From Spironucleus salmonicida (Eukaryota), in NCBI RefSeq assembly GCF_000497125.1, contig NC_090598.1:682001-746000 (forward strand): a stretch of 64,000 nt of DNA. The letters are read 5' to 3'. Below are positions 41,901-54,664 of this stretch, piece by piece. The notes under the pieces were generated by a model. It searched no databases, had not been told where the DNA came from, and saw only the letters and a list, made by a program, of their open reading frames with translations. A program made the position numbers and the translations under genes. Position 1 is the first letter of the stretch, and the number at the start of each line of letters is the position of its first letter.

Positions 41901-42181
41901 CTAGTACCAACTATGGCGTTGCCTTATTAGGAATTACTGCTACTCAGTCCACCTAGTTCAGCTACTACTTAATTGTAGCAATCGGTGGCTTGTTTTGCGT
42001 TGTCCCTAGTATGGTAGCTTATTATGTGCAACAGCTCTGGTTCCCATCCGTTAGCGATGTTGCCAGGCAGCTTAGCTGTGCAGGAAGACTGGGAAGCGAG
42101 GACATAAAACCTGATTATGAGTATGTTCAAGACTCTGAACGATTCGAATAGGACGTGATCGCCGAAATTGAAATCAAGTGA
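38975..42181 (+). CDS. P4-type ATPase (phospholipid flippase, 1068 aa)
   Basis: NKISTTKYNILTFLP, ANLDGE, IPVSL, FSDKTGTLTKN, SPDEVALV, KGAD, WILTGDKTETA, VGDGQNDV, C-terminal TMs. Confidence 0.96.
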
Positions 42182-42183
42182 AA
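42177..42183 (+). terminator. AGTGA(A) poly(A) signal overlapping the TGA stop (example of a recurring element)
   Basis: Stop preceded by AG in more than 15 genes of this window. Confidence 0.75.
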
Positions 42184-42253
42184 CAATTTACCATCCGACA
42201 TTTTTCATTTCAACTATATATAATTATTATATATAATTAGTTCTTTTCACCGA

Positions 42254-44527
42254 ATGAATAGACCACAAATAGCATCTCTGCAGCTCCAGAAGACGAGCAA
42301 TCTTTTACAGCCTGCCACAAAATAGCGCATCATCCCACGAATGCTGGCGAATATTCGGACCGGTCGGCGCTCCGTAGTTATTTCTGTAAGTATAGGCCAC
42401 CGCGTAAATATATTCTCTTTCCTGCTTCCTACGGTGCAGCTGGTAATGGAGAATCAGGTCGCATTTGGGGTGCACGGGCGGTTACGACCGCTGCCATAAG
42501 GGCTTATGGCACATTTTTCGGAAATCGCACGTGGATTCGCGGAGTTCCGGCTGGAAATCGTGTCGCGGCTGAACCTCCAGGACACGATTTCATGTATTAT
42601 CGCACTTACAGAGTGCTCCTGGGCTGAGGTGCATGTAAGAGAGTCCGCAGTTGGCACGGTCATCAGGCTTCAGGAGTTCTGCCAGCACGATGCGTAGGCA
42701 CGCCTGCAACGGCTATATGACCTCACGAACCTCCTACGGCCCGAAAAATCAATTTTTAAAATTATGGAAATATGCTTATCGATGAAGATTTTTGATGTAT
42801 TTTAGAAAATTCACTTTGAATTCAATTTTTCTCTCCCTCATATTTTCGCAGTACTGGCGCGCCAATCTGGGTTCCGTGCGTGGCCATCGAACCCCACTTG
42901 TGTCGTTTTTGAGCTGCAGGACGACATTTTCTACGAACTGAATTTCGAAGGCAAGGACCTCTTCAACATCGGAAACGGCGGCTTGAATACGCGATCTTTC
43001 GGTCTCCAAATTGCATGCGATCCGGTCTACGACGAGCTAGTGTTACGCAATCGGGCCAAGTTCCTCTCAAAGACGATCCTGATCCGCACGGGCGTCAATA
43101 AGGATATTTATGAACATTTTTACACCAAAATCCGCACGAACTGCGAGCTGACAGAGGGTCCCAAGTTCTACATCGATGGTGTGCACTCCATAGGCCGCTT
43201 TACGCTCCTGGAAATCGTTTTCACGGGCGTTTACGGAAAGTTCCAGAACCTGAACCACAGCATCCGGCACGAAATTCTGCTATGGAAACGGCTCGACAAC
43301 AACGCCTTTTTTGGCATCCCGAACGTGTTCCGCGCAATCCCCTCGCGGCTCTACGGACCATTTTCGCGGATTTATGGCCTCTTCCTAGGCGGCGGCGGAG
43401 AGATTTTGCTCGAAAACTGCACCGAACGCGACGCACAAATCGCGTTCGACGCGATGCCGGAGGCGTGCTTCCAGACGACCTTCACGGCGCAGCGGATGGC
43501 TGCAGGGGCCTTGCTTTTCAAGTTTCCGGTGCTCTCGCGTGCGCGGATTTTGCAGGTTCTGGACTTCGTGAACGAACTCGTGCGCCCATTCTAGGGCCTA
43601 CCATTCCAGCCGCGCGTGCTGACGGCGCTGGGGGTCGTGCTGGCGCGGAATCCGGTTGACCTGACTACCGAAAACTGGCAGAATTTCGCGCAGAACCGCT
43701 CAAACCTGACCGTTTTCTTCCACCTGCTGTTGCTTAAAATGTCCGTTTTCAGCTGGATCGTGGGCGCCGAGCTGGTGGTTTTCGAGGAGAAAGGCGCATT
43801 ATATCAGGTCAATTTTCGGCAAAAATACGACATTTTCCAGCCCAAGGTGCCTGTCATTCAGGCCAAACTGGTTGAATTCTACCGAGTTCCGGAACTATAA
43901 TTTTAAGACTGGAAAATTATTTTCCATTTGCAATTGATGCCGGAAATCGTGTTGTTGCGCCGTGAAAAGTGCGAGGAGACCGTGCGGCGCATCGTCGCGC
44001 AGCTTCTGGCGCTGGACGTGGAAGTGACCCCCAGTTTCGATGTCTTCAACACCTACGTGAAGCTTGTTTTCCGCACCTCACGGCTCGCAATAGTGCGTGC
44101 GTAGCCTCCCTGCGCCGCTGAGCTCCAGCCGCGTCCAGAAATGACCCGCAAAATGGCGTTCCTGCGGTATATAGCGTACAACGCGGCCCAGACCCGCAGC
44201 CTCGTCCGTACACTCTTCGGCCTCGCCCCGCCGCTCGTCTCTGCGGAGCTATTCGAGTGCGTCACTCAGATCGTGCGGCGTCGGCCCTTCTTCAGCTACG
44301 CGCGTGCGGTACCAAAGCGCGAGCAGGCTGCTGGCTGGCTCGAGGTGAGCATGCGCTTCGTGGACGAGTTCCCGACGATCGTGCCTGATGCGGTGCAGCG
44401 CGCCGTGGCGTGCATCTTCGAGGACGACATCGCCATCTCGAAGATGCAAGCGCTACGGTGCGTGCTACAGATAGTGAAGGGCGCCCAGCAGGCACGCCTT
44501 ACTGGCACGATCTTCCAGGTGAAGTGA
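42254..44527 (+). CDS. Hypothetical protein (757 aa)
   Basis: Four track ORFs (42506, 42983, 43616, 44141) share one frame joined by TAR; ends aAGTGA. Confidence 0.8.
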
Positions 44528-44548
44528 TGAATAGTGATATTTAGCGTA

Positions 44549-45940
44549 TCACTCCTCGCTGAAGCCCTCGAAGGCTTCCTCTATCATTTCCAGAATATTA
44601 TTGCCCACAAAATCGCCTTCGCCGCCCTGGAGAAAAAACGAGCAGCTCTACTTCTTGGCAATAATTTTGGCGTAGAGCTCATTGTACTTCTCAATCTGTT
44701 GGCACAGCTTGGCGTAAGGCTCACTGGTACCGGCCAGGATCGCTTTGAGTTGACCCGGAGTCAGTTCGACCTGGGCTGCTAAAGCGAGGTTCAGGCCCTC
44801 GCAGGCGTGGCAGTACCCTGCGACGAAATCGACTGACCCGCAGCCGCAGTCGTTGCAACTGTAGGAAATGAGCAGATTGGCCCGCGAGCTGAATTTTCCG
44901 ACTAGCATCCACTACACGAGACGCATTTTCCATTCCACAAGCTAGTCCTCGTCGATCATCATTTTGCGGCAGAGTGGGCAACCCACGGTATGCTACGTGA
45001 CGAGCTTCTCGAAGCATGACATGTGGAGTGTGTGACGTGATGAGCATTTGAGGCGCTTCAGATCCTGACACGCGCTGATAACTCCCTGGCAGACGGGGCA
45101 AAATTCTGGTTCAGTGGAGCAGTAGTGGTCACCGAAATCCTACAAAGAGTGGCACGTCCCGCACGTTGTGCAGTGCTGCGAGATGTCTGGGAGTTGCTTG
45201 ATGTGGCATTTGGCACAGATGGAGCAGTGGAAGTAGGGGGCGTATTCCGGATCGTTCATGTCCAAAATATGGCAAATATCACACATATGGTTCGTGAGCT
45301 TTTGAGAGCAGTTTGTGCAATGCTCCGCATAGGACTGCTAGTGGTCGCAAAATGAGCACGTGAGGGTGCTGAACGAGAAGGGGTGCATTTCCGCATCATC
45401 ATGGCACATGACGCATCTATACGAATTCTAGCAGTCAGTGCATTTGATTGTTGCATTTGTGGGAATGTGTTCGCAACCGAAGGACTCCTCTAGCCTGTAT
45501 TGTCCGTAAACATAAGGGTTTTAAGACTCTATGTCTTATCGACGCTGAACTGATACAAAAGACTTCCCCGTCATCGGAAAAAACTAGTCCGTATTGGGAA
45601 CTTGCTTCTCATGGGTGTTATCGATGTATTTTTATAAGGAATCACTGTATCTTAATTGCAAAAACTGGAAGGGGTAGTCATCAGTGGTTCGTTAGTTTCT
45701 AAGCTTATCGTGGTTTAGGCACAAGATTTGCCTATAAGATAGTTTTTCGTCGTACATTTACAGTGGGAACAGTGGCTCTACCTTGGCCATAAATGATGGA
45801 TTTTTGTACAAGGATACTTCATCATCTGTTATAACTCCAAATGATACAGTTCTTAATTTTGTTCTATTTTCTGGACCGTATGATCCTCTTGTATCGGTAA
45901 GGTGAAATAAATCTACTTAAAGCGTATATACTCTGTTCAT
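44549..45940 (-). CDS. RCHY1: CHY zinc finger/CTCHY/RING E3 ligase, Pirh2-like (463 aa)
   Basis: GCEH...CTDCQNSYRCVMCHDD, FHCSICAKC, RING CPVC...HTLHMSC...CPLCRK, zinc ribbon CNDC...YCHAC. Confidence 0.88.
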
Positions 45941-47024
45941 TATGAAGTGGTAAATATTAATATCATAATATTTATTATGTACTATAAAATTTATCAATCT
46001 TTTAACAACCAAGGCGTTGGTATTGTCGCAAATTTTTATTTTTCAGTATTTGGTGTACTTACATACTTTACATAACGTTATTTCTTGATAACCGGCTCCA
46101 TGCTTGTTATTCGCAGGGTCGTAATAATACTAATACGGTTTTATTATTATATTTAATATCTAACATATAATATAAACCCAACCTTATTTGAAAGGAAAAC
46201 ATTTAAATGATAATTTAATAAACATAGCTACTACAATTTTAAATTATATAACTAAAGGCAATTATGCGCTTATAAATTTAATAAACTGACATAAATAAAA
46301 TAACATAACATATATTCATGCAGCCTATGAATTATATGTTGTATATATTCAGTGAGGCATTTCAAATTCTACGAAACGGCTGAATATCAATGCTTGTAAA
46401 AATAAGATTAAAATGTATCAAAAGTTATTTATTTGAGCGACTTATATGGAACAGTTTAAATAAATTGTTAATGTTGGTTTCTGTTAAATAAAATACTATA
46501 AAATTAAAGATGAAGCTAGATATAGCGTTTAATGCTAAATACAATAACTAATAAATAAGTAATATTATTAACAAAGGTAACTAACTAGACATCACTAAAT
46601 CATCCTTTAATTTATCGTTAAATATCTTATACAATCTTATGGCACTGGCTTCATACATGATTGATTTATATCATCATTTTATTAAGTTTATTTCTATACT
46701 TTTATAGGATTTGATATATACTTGTTAATGAACAATTGGCAGGGATCTGTCTTTTCACCTAAGAAATTGAACATTCTCAAAAATAAAATTTTTTATTTCA
46801 ATTGATGTTTGTAATATAAATGGATTTTTAAATTATTAAACTTAGATTTATAATTTAACAAATAAAATGTAAAATAATTAGTTATGCAAAAAATTTAGAA
46901 CCAAATGTACTCTCCAAAAAATACCAAATGATAAATAAGTAACAATATTATTATATAATAATAAATATATATTAATTTACAATATATATGTTATTAAATT
47001 AAATAAATTTATATTTGTATAAAA

Positions 47025-47291
47025 ATGAAGTGTCTAGCAAATTTTGGCTCTACGAGAAACTAGAATTTTAGTCTACCTACTCTATAAAAAGTGAAAAGCA
47101 ATGATATGTTGGTGAAAATTAAATATTAACCATCGCCTACCAATTCAAAGCGAAATTCCCCATCCCGGCATCCGTTAATTGGGTTACATCCTGGAAACCT
47201 TGTGAGATAGTTAAACAAAAACACCTTGATCAACGAAGACAAACAATATAGCTAGTGGAGAGAACTACTAATGCATTAGATGAAATTCTGA
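47025..47291 (+). CDS. Small hypothetical protein (88 aa)
   Basis: Code-6 ORF MKCLANFGSTRNQNFSLPTL...; no motif. Confidence 0.4.
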
Positions 47292-47545
47292 CCATAGTTT
47301 TTTATTCAGAAAATCACATTTATTTTAATTTCCTTTATATATTATCAGTCTCTTTTATCCTATACTAATACTATCCTCATTTTAATCATATTTAACTTTT
47401 CACCACTCACCAAAAAACAATCTATAAGTAATATCATTATATAATAATTATCGCAAACTCCTTCCACATTTATTTCACCCTCATAATATATGGTATTTTT
47501 ATATAAATATTTTTATATAGTCTATTTCTTAGGCTTTCCGCAAAA

Positions 47546-47947
47546 ATGTCCGAAGAACATAAGAAGTGCGTTGAGTGGTACTCCAACATACAGCAGGTAT
47601 ACAAGACACACATCAGCGGAATTGGTGTCGTAAAAGCTGATATGAATGCTTTCGCACCTATCTCGTCTCTGATGATTGACCTGGTATAACAGTTCGACAT
47701 AGCAAGTCTGAAGGTGGTGGGATCCATGAAGCTGGGAAATTTTGCATACTTCAAGGCACAGGAAGGTTCAGATTTCGTCAAATTTACGACGTCATAGGAC
47801 GCGGATTTTGCAAAAATATTCGCCTTCCCAGAGCCTGAGTTCGAGTTCATCACCATCGTGGCATGCACTAACGAGTAGCCCGACGAAAATGCGATTAAGG
47901 TAGGACAGTTGGCGAGGGATCTTGTGGTAGACGGATTAAGCCAGTGA
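47546..47947 (+). CDS. 133-aa protein, candidate divergent profilin
   Basis: Clean ORF ending cAGTGAac; profilin-like residue pattern (see findings). ORF confidence is high, identity moderate. Confidence 0.6.
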
Positions 47948-49062
47948 ACGAATGCACGAATTTTTATAATCATAAGTATATAAAATTAAAAGACAGTTTT
48001 TATGTTTATTTATTTAAATATATAATATAAGTATTTTGATATTTGAAAATGTGGGTATGAAATATGAAATATTGATAAAGGGCACGGAAGAGGTTTTGAA
48101 GGGATGCATAAAACTAGTATATCTAGAGTAGTAGTTTATTAACATATTTTTATTGTAAATTGGAGTTTGTTGATCGGGAATAATATTTGCAGGTAGTTTA
48201 CTATTTGGCATATCAATTATTTTCTTAGTATTTAATTAAGGCTATTTCAAAAACATAAGTGCCGTTTTAATGAAGTAAATTGGTTCAGTCCTAATAATCG
48301 TTTGGAGTTAGTAGATCATAAGTTACTCTATCAATTAAACTTACAGTATTTATGTTAATTACTGGCTATAGCTAAAGACAATAGCCATTTAAAAATTGAG
48401 TTTAGTATATTTTCAGTAATTGCATTCTATAATAGCCTAATGATACCTATGAAATACACGTTAAGTGTAAGGTATTACTCAGCAATAACTAACAAGCTTT
48501 TATTGTGGAACGTATTTTAGTAAGGTATAACCCGACAAAATTATATTTTGTATATTTTTATGCAACAAAGCTGACAAACAGTAAAAAATCGTATATCTTT
48601 GTTGGAGTGTAAACATATTTTGATTAATCATTGCACTAAACCTACTATAAAACTAAATTTTCTGAGATAGTTTCCCTAATTCCTATACTAAGTAGAATAT
48701 ATTATTTGTGTAAGCAAACTAAACAGTTTCTTATTGTTCTACTAAATACTTATAGGTAAAATTTATTCTCTTAGACTTATATCTTTCCATTTACAATATA
48801 TTAGAAACTGCAATTCGAATTTGCATTAAAGCGAAATATCCTCAAATTATATTATATACTTTTAATTTTCCTATATGATACTTTTATCTTAAGTCTATAG
48901 AACTCATATCATCTCAGCTTGCTAAAATCTACAACAAACCAAGGAAATTTTTTCACCTGTCCTACAAATAGTGTATTATTAACATATATAAACGAATTTT
49001 TTCTTGTATAGAATTTTTTTTGACTCAAGTATCTAATTCTCATATATCTGCAATTTCCTAAA

Positions 49063-50649
49063 ATGCTCGTTACATTGTTTTTCACGTGTTAACTAGAATC
49101 TTCACGAGTTGTCATCAACCCGTAGATGAATAGCATTCTCCTAATAACCATGCCAAACCACAAACTAAAGCCCAGTGAGCATATTACTTGCACCGCCCAG
49201 ACGGACTAAACCGCAGTATACGAGGTCCAAATTGGCTCTATAACATTCAGGTCCGAATTCTAGTTCTACCGGGCGTTTTCCCCCGCAAATGTGACGCTGC
49301 TTCCGCTAGGAAGCGCCACAGCCATGGATGCCACCCGGTTCGTTCTTGCATCCTACAGCATCACATTTCTGAGTGATACGCTAGTACAGAGCGGCGCAGC
49401 CGGGCAGATGTTGGCGACGATTTACGACTACAATGACTGCATCGAGACCTCCGAAATAGCGTTCACGACTAACATCGGCATTTAGCCATCTGTCCGTACT
49501 AACCCGAACTGCCTATTGTCCGCCACTGGGGACGTGCTTTACAAATCATTGTTAAATGACCAGTTACTGTATAGCTAGACTGTGAATAAGGTGGATTTCG
49601 ACTTCAAGAAACTGGCAATAAGTGGGATGGAATGTAAAACTGGCGATGCGAGCGCTTAAACTAAATGCACTGAGGCTACCGTCGTGATTTCATCCAGCAA
49701 TTTTGTGTCATATCGGCTGTTTCTGGTCATCCCACGGGCAATATCGACTAAAAACTTGTACACTGACCCTTACGGGATTGCGCAAGTAGACAAGGTCGAT
49801 ATCCCGTTCAACCTGATCTTTGAGATCGTGATCAAAGACCGGATCACGTCTGGTGACTGCGTGAACTCGTCGTAGCTGACCTTCTTTGGCACCATCATGC
49901 ACGTGTTGCAGACGCCCTTGAAGACGTGCCCATTCCAGGAGTTCGCCAGGAAGGAGTACTGGATAACGGTCTCTGAGGTCTCCGGATTCACATTCTAGCT
50001 ATAGTTCTTCACAGAGATCCCGTTCAGTCTGAACCAGTACATTACATGCGCCACCTGGGAGATCTCCGATTTTACGTCCCTCGAAGAGTGTAGCGCGGCG
50101 ATGCAACGCGTATCTGCTAACATAGAAGGATCTGCAATCAGCGTCATCTACAAAGCATGGAATGCAGGTGGTTCATATATCGGTGCTTATATTTTTTCAT
50201 CTGATGTTATGCCTGGAGGGGAAGTAGATATCACTCTTACGGAGGGATAGCTATGTGTTGATATTAAAAAATAAATCTCTTCTACAAGAACATTTGCCAC
50301 CATATCCATTAAAATTAGCTAAAATTTGTAATTATTTTAGAACAATGAGATTTAGTATTAATAAGTAGGTAATTTTAATTTTCCTTCTATCGATAGTGTT
50401 TATTGTTATATCGTAGATAAATCCACCTAGTTTTTGATAAATTAAATTAGTTTTAGGCAATAATTTGGAGTTGTAGATATACTTGGTAACTAATTTTAGA
50501 TTAATACTATCAATCCATTAGTAGCATATTAAGAATTTTGGGAAGGATGGGTATTATGGTTAGTAAGTTTTATTGTGGCATTAATATGGGTTATTACTAG
50601 AGTCTTATGTAGATAAATAAAGCAGAAGAAGCGTTCTTTAATAAAGTGA
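49063..50649 (+). CDS. 528-aa membrane/surface protein, paralogue 2
   Basis: MLVTLFFTCQLESSRVVINP...FWEGWVLWLVSFIVALIWVIT; same length as paralogues 1 and 3. Confidence 0.88.
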
Positions 50650-52481
50650 AAATTATGTATAATCAAATATAAATAAAGAATAATGTATTCAATATTGTTA
50701 ATTTTTTCACACTAAAAAATACTAATTTCATAAAATTTATGTATACAAATATAAATAATTAAATTATGTTATTATAAACCTAATAGATTTAACTGTTAAG
50801 ACATGAATTTTAGGAGACTTTTAAGTTGATTTACAGATAAGATTTATCGTAATTAATTTTATCAAATGATCAGATATTTAAACTTATGATGACATTATAA
50901 AATTTTATGAAAAATAACTATTATTTTTATTTTTTCATCACTAAATATTAAAGAGTAAATGAAATAAATATAATTTATTTTTAAATTTAAATCTTGATTA
51001 CTTTACTTATATTAACAGCTTAGTAATTTTTCTTTAATATAGAAATTCTTTTTTCATTTTTTTGTAACTTACTTTTTTATGTGTAACAATTTCATAATAT
51101 TGTATTATTTTAATAAAATTGTTTACAAATCACGATTTACCAACTTTTATACAAAAATTTCTTTATTATTAAAAATTAATAGTCTATATTATGATTGGCT
51201 TAAATAATACTATATTTGATTGAAACAAATACCCTATAGATGTCTTTATTAAAATAAGATATTGAACACTAGATGACAAAAATAATAATAAATAGGTAGC
51301 CTAATTTATAATAATTTATTTAGTCTTTAAATCATTGTAAAGTTAATCTATAACTAAAGATTTTCAATTTGTTTACTGATTTCTGATAAAAACTTAAAAG
51401 CATAGATATCAAACCTGATTGAAATTCATAATAATAGTTAATTATTAACTAAAAATCTCGTTTCAATATAGTTTAATATAAATTGCTAAAAAATTACCTA
51501 CTTATATAATAAAGTGCGTCTTCCTTTTACAATCAAAATTATTATATTAGAAAAGATTCATAAAAATTTAAAATACATTAATAGATGCATCAATCATATT
51601 TATATTGATATTAGAATTAACATTTGTTCTTTAGCATAACTACAATAGCCCAATACTATGGTTCAAATAATAAATTTCAAAGTTCTGAGTATGCTAAACA
51701 TAATAATTAGAATTAAAGAAAACATATATAAGAATTTATATTTTTTTAAGTTGTGTTAATATTATTTGTAAAATTATTCAAACTAATTATATGAATTAAC
51801 TATATAACATTTCATATATTATTATTAAAAAAATATATACCCTTTGATAAGTCACCAAAAAAGCCACGTTTGAATAATAAAATAAAAGTTGCACATCATT
51901 TAAGATTAAAATTAAAATCATATTTTTGTTAATATTAAAGATTATTATTTAATGCAATAACTCTAAGATAAACGTGCTGATCTGTTTTTATTATACTATA
52001 CTTTATATTAACCTATATAAAATAATTTCCATCTACGCATTATAATCTTTACTTACAACCTTATCAATTCAAGAATGATACTTATTAATAATTTATGCGA
52101 TATAATTAAGCATCATTTAACGTTTAAATATGGTATTATCTACTAAATTATGCAAGCATATTTTTGCTATAAATTAACTTTAATATTAGTGCTAAACAAA
52201 GTCCAAATGTATCACAATTCATAGCTAAATTTTAAAATTCTAGCATTATTATTACATAAAATTTGACTTAATTTACTATCTCATAACTATTATTCTTATA
52301 ATATGGGATGAGAGACCATATCTATTTTAATGAATTTTCGTAAATTTAAATTTATGGATCTTTAATATTTATTTGACTAAATGAAATTTTTCTACAAAGA
52401 TTATAATCATATTTATGTAAAATAGTATTCTAATTAAACTGGATATATAAATCGTAATCTTAAAAAAGATATCTTTTAACC

Positions 52482-52760
52482 ATTGATATCTGCAGCAAAT
52501 ACCCGCTTCCCGGATAAAAAGAGGCGCCAGTAAACTATACATAGGCCACCGAAACTTTCTCTCCCGCTCCTAAGAAATGACGGATGCACCTCTCATCCAG
52601 GAGCTCCCCCTCGGCTCGGACATGGTTGCCGAGCGCGGGTACGGTGCCTCGCCAGCTACTGCCCCTGTGCAGCTGGTTGACGGCAACAAGCTGCTCACGG
52701 TCAGAGACATATTCTGCCGCTGCGCTGCCCCCAGGTACGAGCGCTGCCAGAAGTTGGTCG
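52482..52760. repeat. Segment A (279 bp), inverted copy of 57765-58043
   Basis: Pairs with 110525-i; two mismatches seen; carries promoter and 5' half of a Spec3-like gene. Confidence 0.95.
52564..52570 (+). promoter_or_regulatory. C-rich pre-ATG motif CCRCTYC (example of a recurring element)
   Basis: Seen a few nt before ATGs at 21734, 30442, 31906, 32693, 32955, 36760, 45940, 52577, 52812, 53527, 53921. Confidence 0.75.
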
Positions 52761-53146
52761 ACATATTCATTTCACTCCTTAAATGCCCCTTCCCCAATTT
52801 CCGCTCCTCCAATGCAGGACTTCGTGATCTCGTTTGCGGACCCGAAGCCAGCCAGGCACAGCGCCTCCAGCAAGGGCAGGGGCCTCGTGTCCACCTCCTT
52901 CGCCCCCGTCACGTACACGCAGAACTTCAAGAGCCAGCAGGACGTCAAGTTCGAGGCGAAGCTCAAGGACATGGAGGCGAGGGACCAGCGTGCCCCCAAG
53001 CGCCCTGGCACCGGGAAGCCGAAGCCTTAGGCACAGCAGCCCCCCGCGGTCCCCCAGAGGGCCGCGCCCGAGGAGTTCAGGATCACGATAGACGCCCCAG
53101 TGCCAGCTGGAGCAGCCAAGCGCAGGGCCGCCAGGAAGGTGCCTGA
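52577..53146 (+). pseudogene. Chimeric ORF: Spec3-like N-terminus fused out of frame to segment B
   Basis: First 61 aa equal those of 57583-57948, then an alternative frame of the Pro/Ala-rich gene. Confidence 0.7.
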
Positions 53147-53495
53147 GCCGCTCCCCGCAGCAGCCCCCGCCCAGGAGGCCGTGGCCGAGAGCGGCCCTCC
53201 GGCCAAGAAGACCCCCGCGCCCGCCAGGAGGAGCTCCGAGCAGCCCCCGGGCCAGCGCAAGGCAGCGGACCCCCAGAAGGCCCCTGCCAGGACAGAAGCC
53301 CAGCCGGCCCCGAGGGAGGCAGCGGCGCCGCAAGCGACCGCGACACCCCCGACGACTGCCGCGTGGCCTGCATCATATTAACAGGCCATGCCCCAGACGG
53401 TGCCCTACCTGGCCTACCCGCCGCAGTACGCAGCCCCGGCCTACCCGCCGCAGTGCTACTACGTGATGGTGCCGTTCCAGGCGCCCCCGAAGTGA
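52812..53495 (+). CDS. Pro/Ala-rich hypothetical protein (227 aa), copy 1
   Basis: CCGCTCC upstream; MQDFVISFADPKP...YPPQ repeats...APPK; ends aAGTGA. Confidence 0.8.
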
Positions 53496-53526
53496 CGCTC
53501 CCTTTCACTCCCATTCCCGCTCCGCA

Positions 53527-53892
53527 ATGCCCCAGTTCTCCTTCAAGAGCAAGAACGCGCGCGTGCTCCAGAAGATCGCGGCCCAGCGCGTGCAGGGCCT
53601 GCTGGAGCCCGACATGCTCGCCGGCATCGCCCAGCGCCACCCCGAGCTGCAGGCCGCGCTCCCGCCCGCCCCAGAGCGGAGGCCCAAGCGCACGCGCGAG
53701 CAGGCCGTGCTCCAGCAGCGCGAGGACCGCGACGCGCAGCGCCGGGAGCAGCAGGCCGCACTGGACGAGGGCCGCCGGCTCAAGCGCAAGGAGTACTTCC
53801 GGTCCCACGCCAAGACCCGCACCGGCCAGCCCAACTTCAACCGCGTGATGGAGCGCCTCTACGGCAAGCTGGAGCAGGACCTCCAGAAGTGA
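53527..53892 (+). CDS. Fyv7/TAP26-type rRNA-processing protein (121 aa), copy 1
   Basis: Charged helix plus C-terminal KTRTGQPNFNRVMERLYGKL (KT..GQP...L..K signature). Confidence 0.72.
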   Translation: MPQFSFKSKNARVLQKIAAQRVQGLLEPDMLAGIAQRHPELQAALPPAPERRPKRTREQAVLQQREDRDAQRREQQAALDEGRRLKRKEYFRSHAKTRTGQPNFNRVMERLYGKLEQDLQK

Positions 53893-54664
53893 CAATTTCC
53901 CTTCCCTTTCCGCTCCTTAGATGCATACAGAGCTCGCGTGCATCGCGTGCGGTTCACGCACCTACAGCGCCCGGCGGGGGTGCGCCCCGGCCGGCAGAGT
54001 CTTCAAGTATTTATTTTATTAAGGGCATAGCTATAAACTTTCATACATCATTATTTTACACTCAGCTCATATTTCCTACCAAACAGCTTCTGCACCTACT
54101 GGTAGCTATAGTAAGTTAACTATTTCATGTACTCTATTTCACTATGTTCTTACAGCCCAACACCTTCCATATTCCATTAAAACTGTAAAGCCAATTTTTA
54201 CTGTCCCTATTTCAAAATCTGACAACATACCTCTCACCAAGCACCACAAGCAGCCAAATCTCCCAAATTCCTTTTTCTACTATCGCTCCCATTTTCCCAC
54301 TTCACGACTTTATTATTATATCTTTTTATATATATTTATTTTCTACAGCAAAAACGCGGCAGAAACTTGCAAATTTCGCATTTTGGCAACGAACCAATTT
54401 ACAGTATTTAGCAAAATTCCACGTAGCGTCCTGGCGTTTTGTGGTTTGAAAGCTGCATTTTGGCTTATTACTTTAAATATATCAAAAGCGCCTTTTGCCG
54501 TTTCGAGCAGTTTTGTGCAACTCATGCGAGTTCCTCCCTCTGCGATACCGCCAAAAAATTTTATTATATAATAATAATAATATAATAATAATAATTTAAT
54601 ATAATTCTACAGTAAACTTATTTATATATAACAATATTATATTCCCTAAAATCTCATGTTCACC

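Larger units (their letters stand above)
52769..54016. repeat. Segment B (1,248 bp), inverted copy of 61205-62452
   Basis: Pairs with 115221-i; one synonymous mismatch seen. Confidence 0.95.

Noticed and set aside
50650-52480. Long AT-rich tracts (also 37450-38950 and 60300-61200) as arrays, CRISPR or centromere
   Set aside because: No periodic repeat or spacer structure visible.
21147-52760. Trans-splicing of the Spec3-like 5' (52577-52760) and 3' (21147-21238) fragments
   Set aside because: They derive from different paralogues, do not abut in the protein, and no intron motifs were recognised at the breaks.
53930-54000. GC-rich hairpins as tRNA, snoRNA or Helitron end
   Set aside because: No cloverleaf, box motifs or CTRR terminus; better explained as a coding start.
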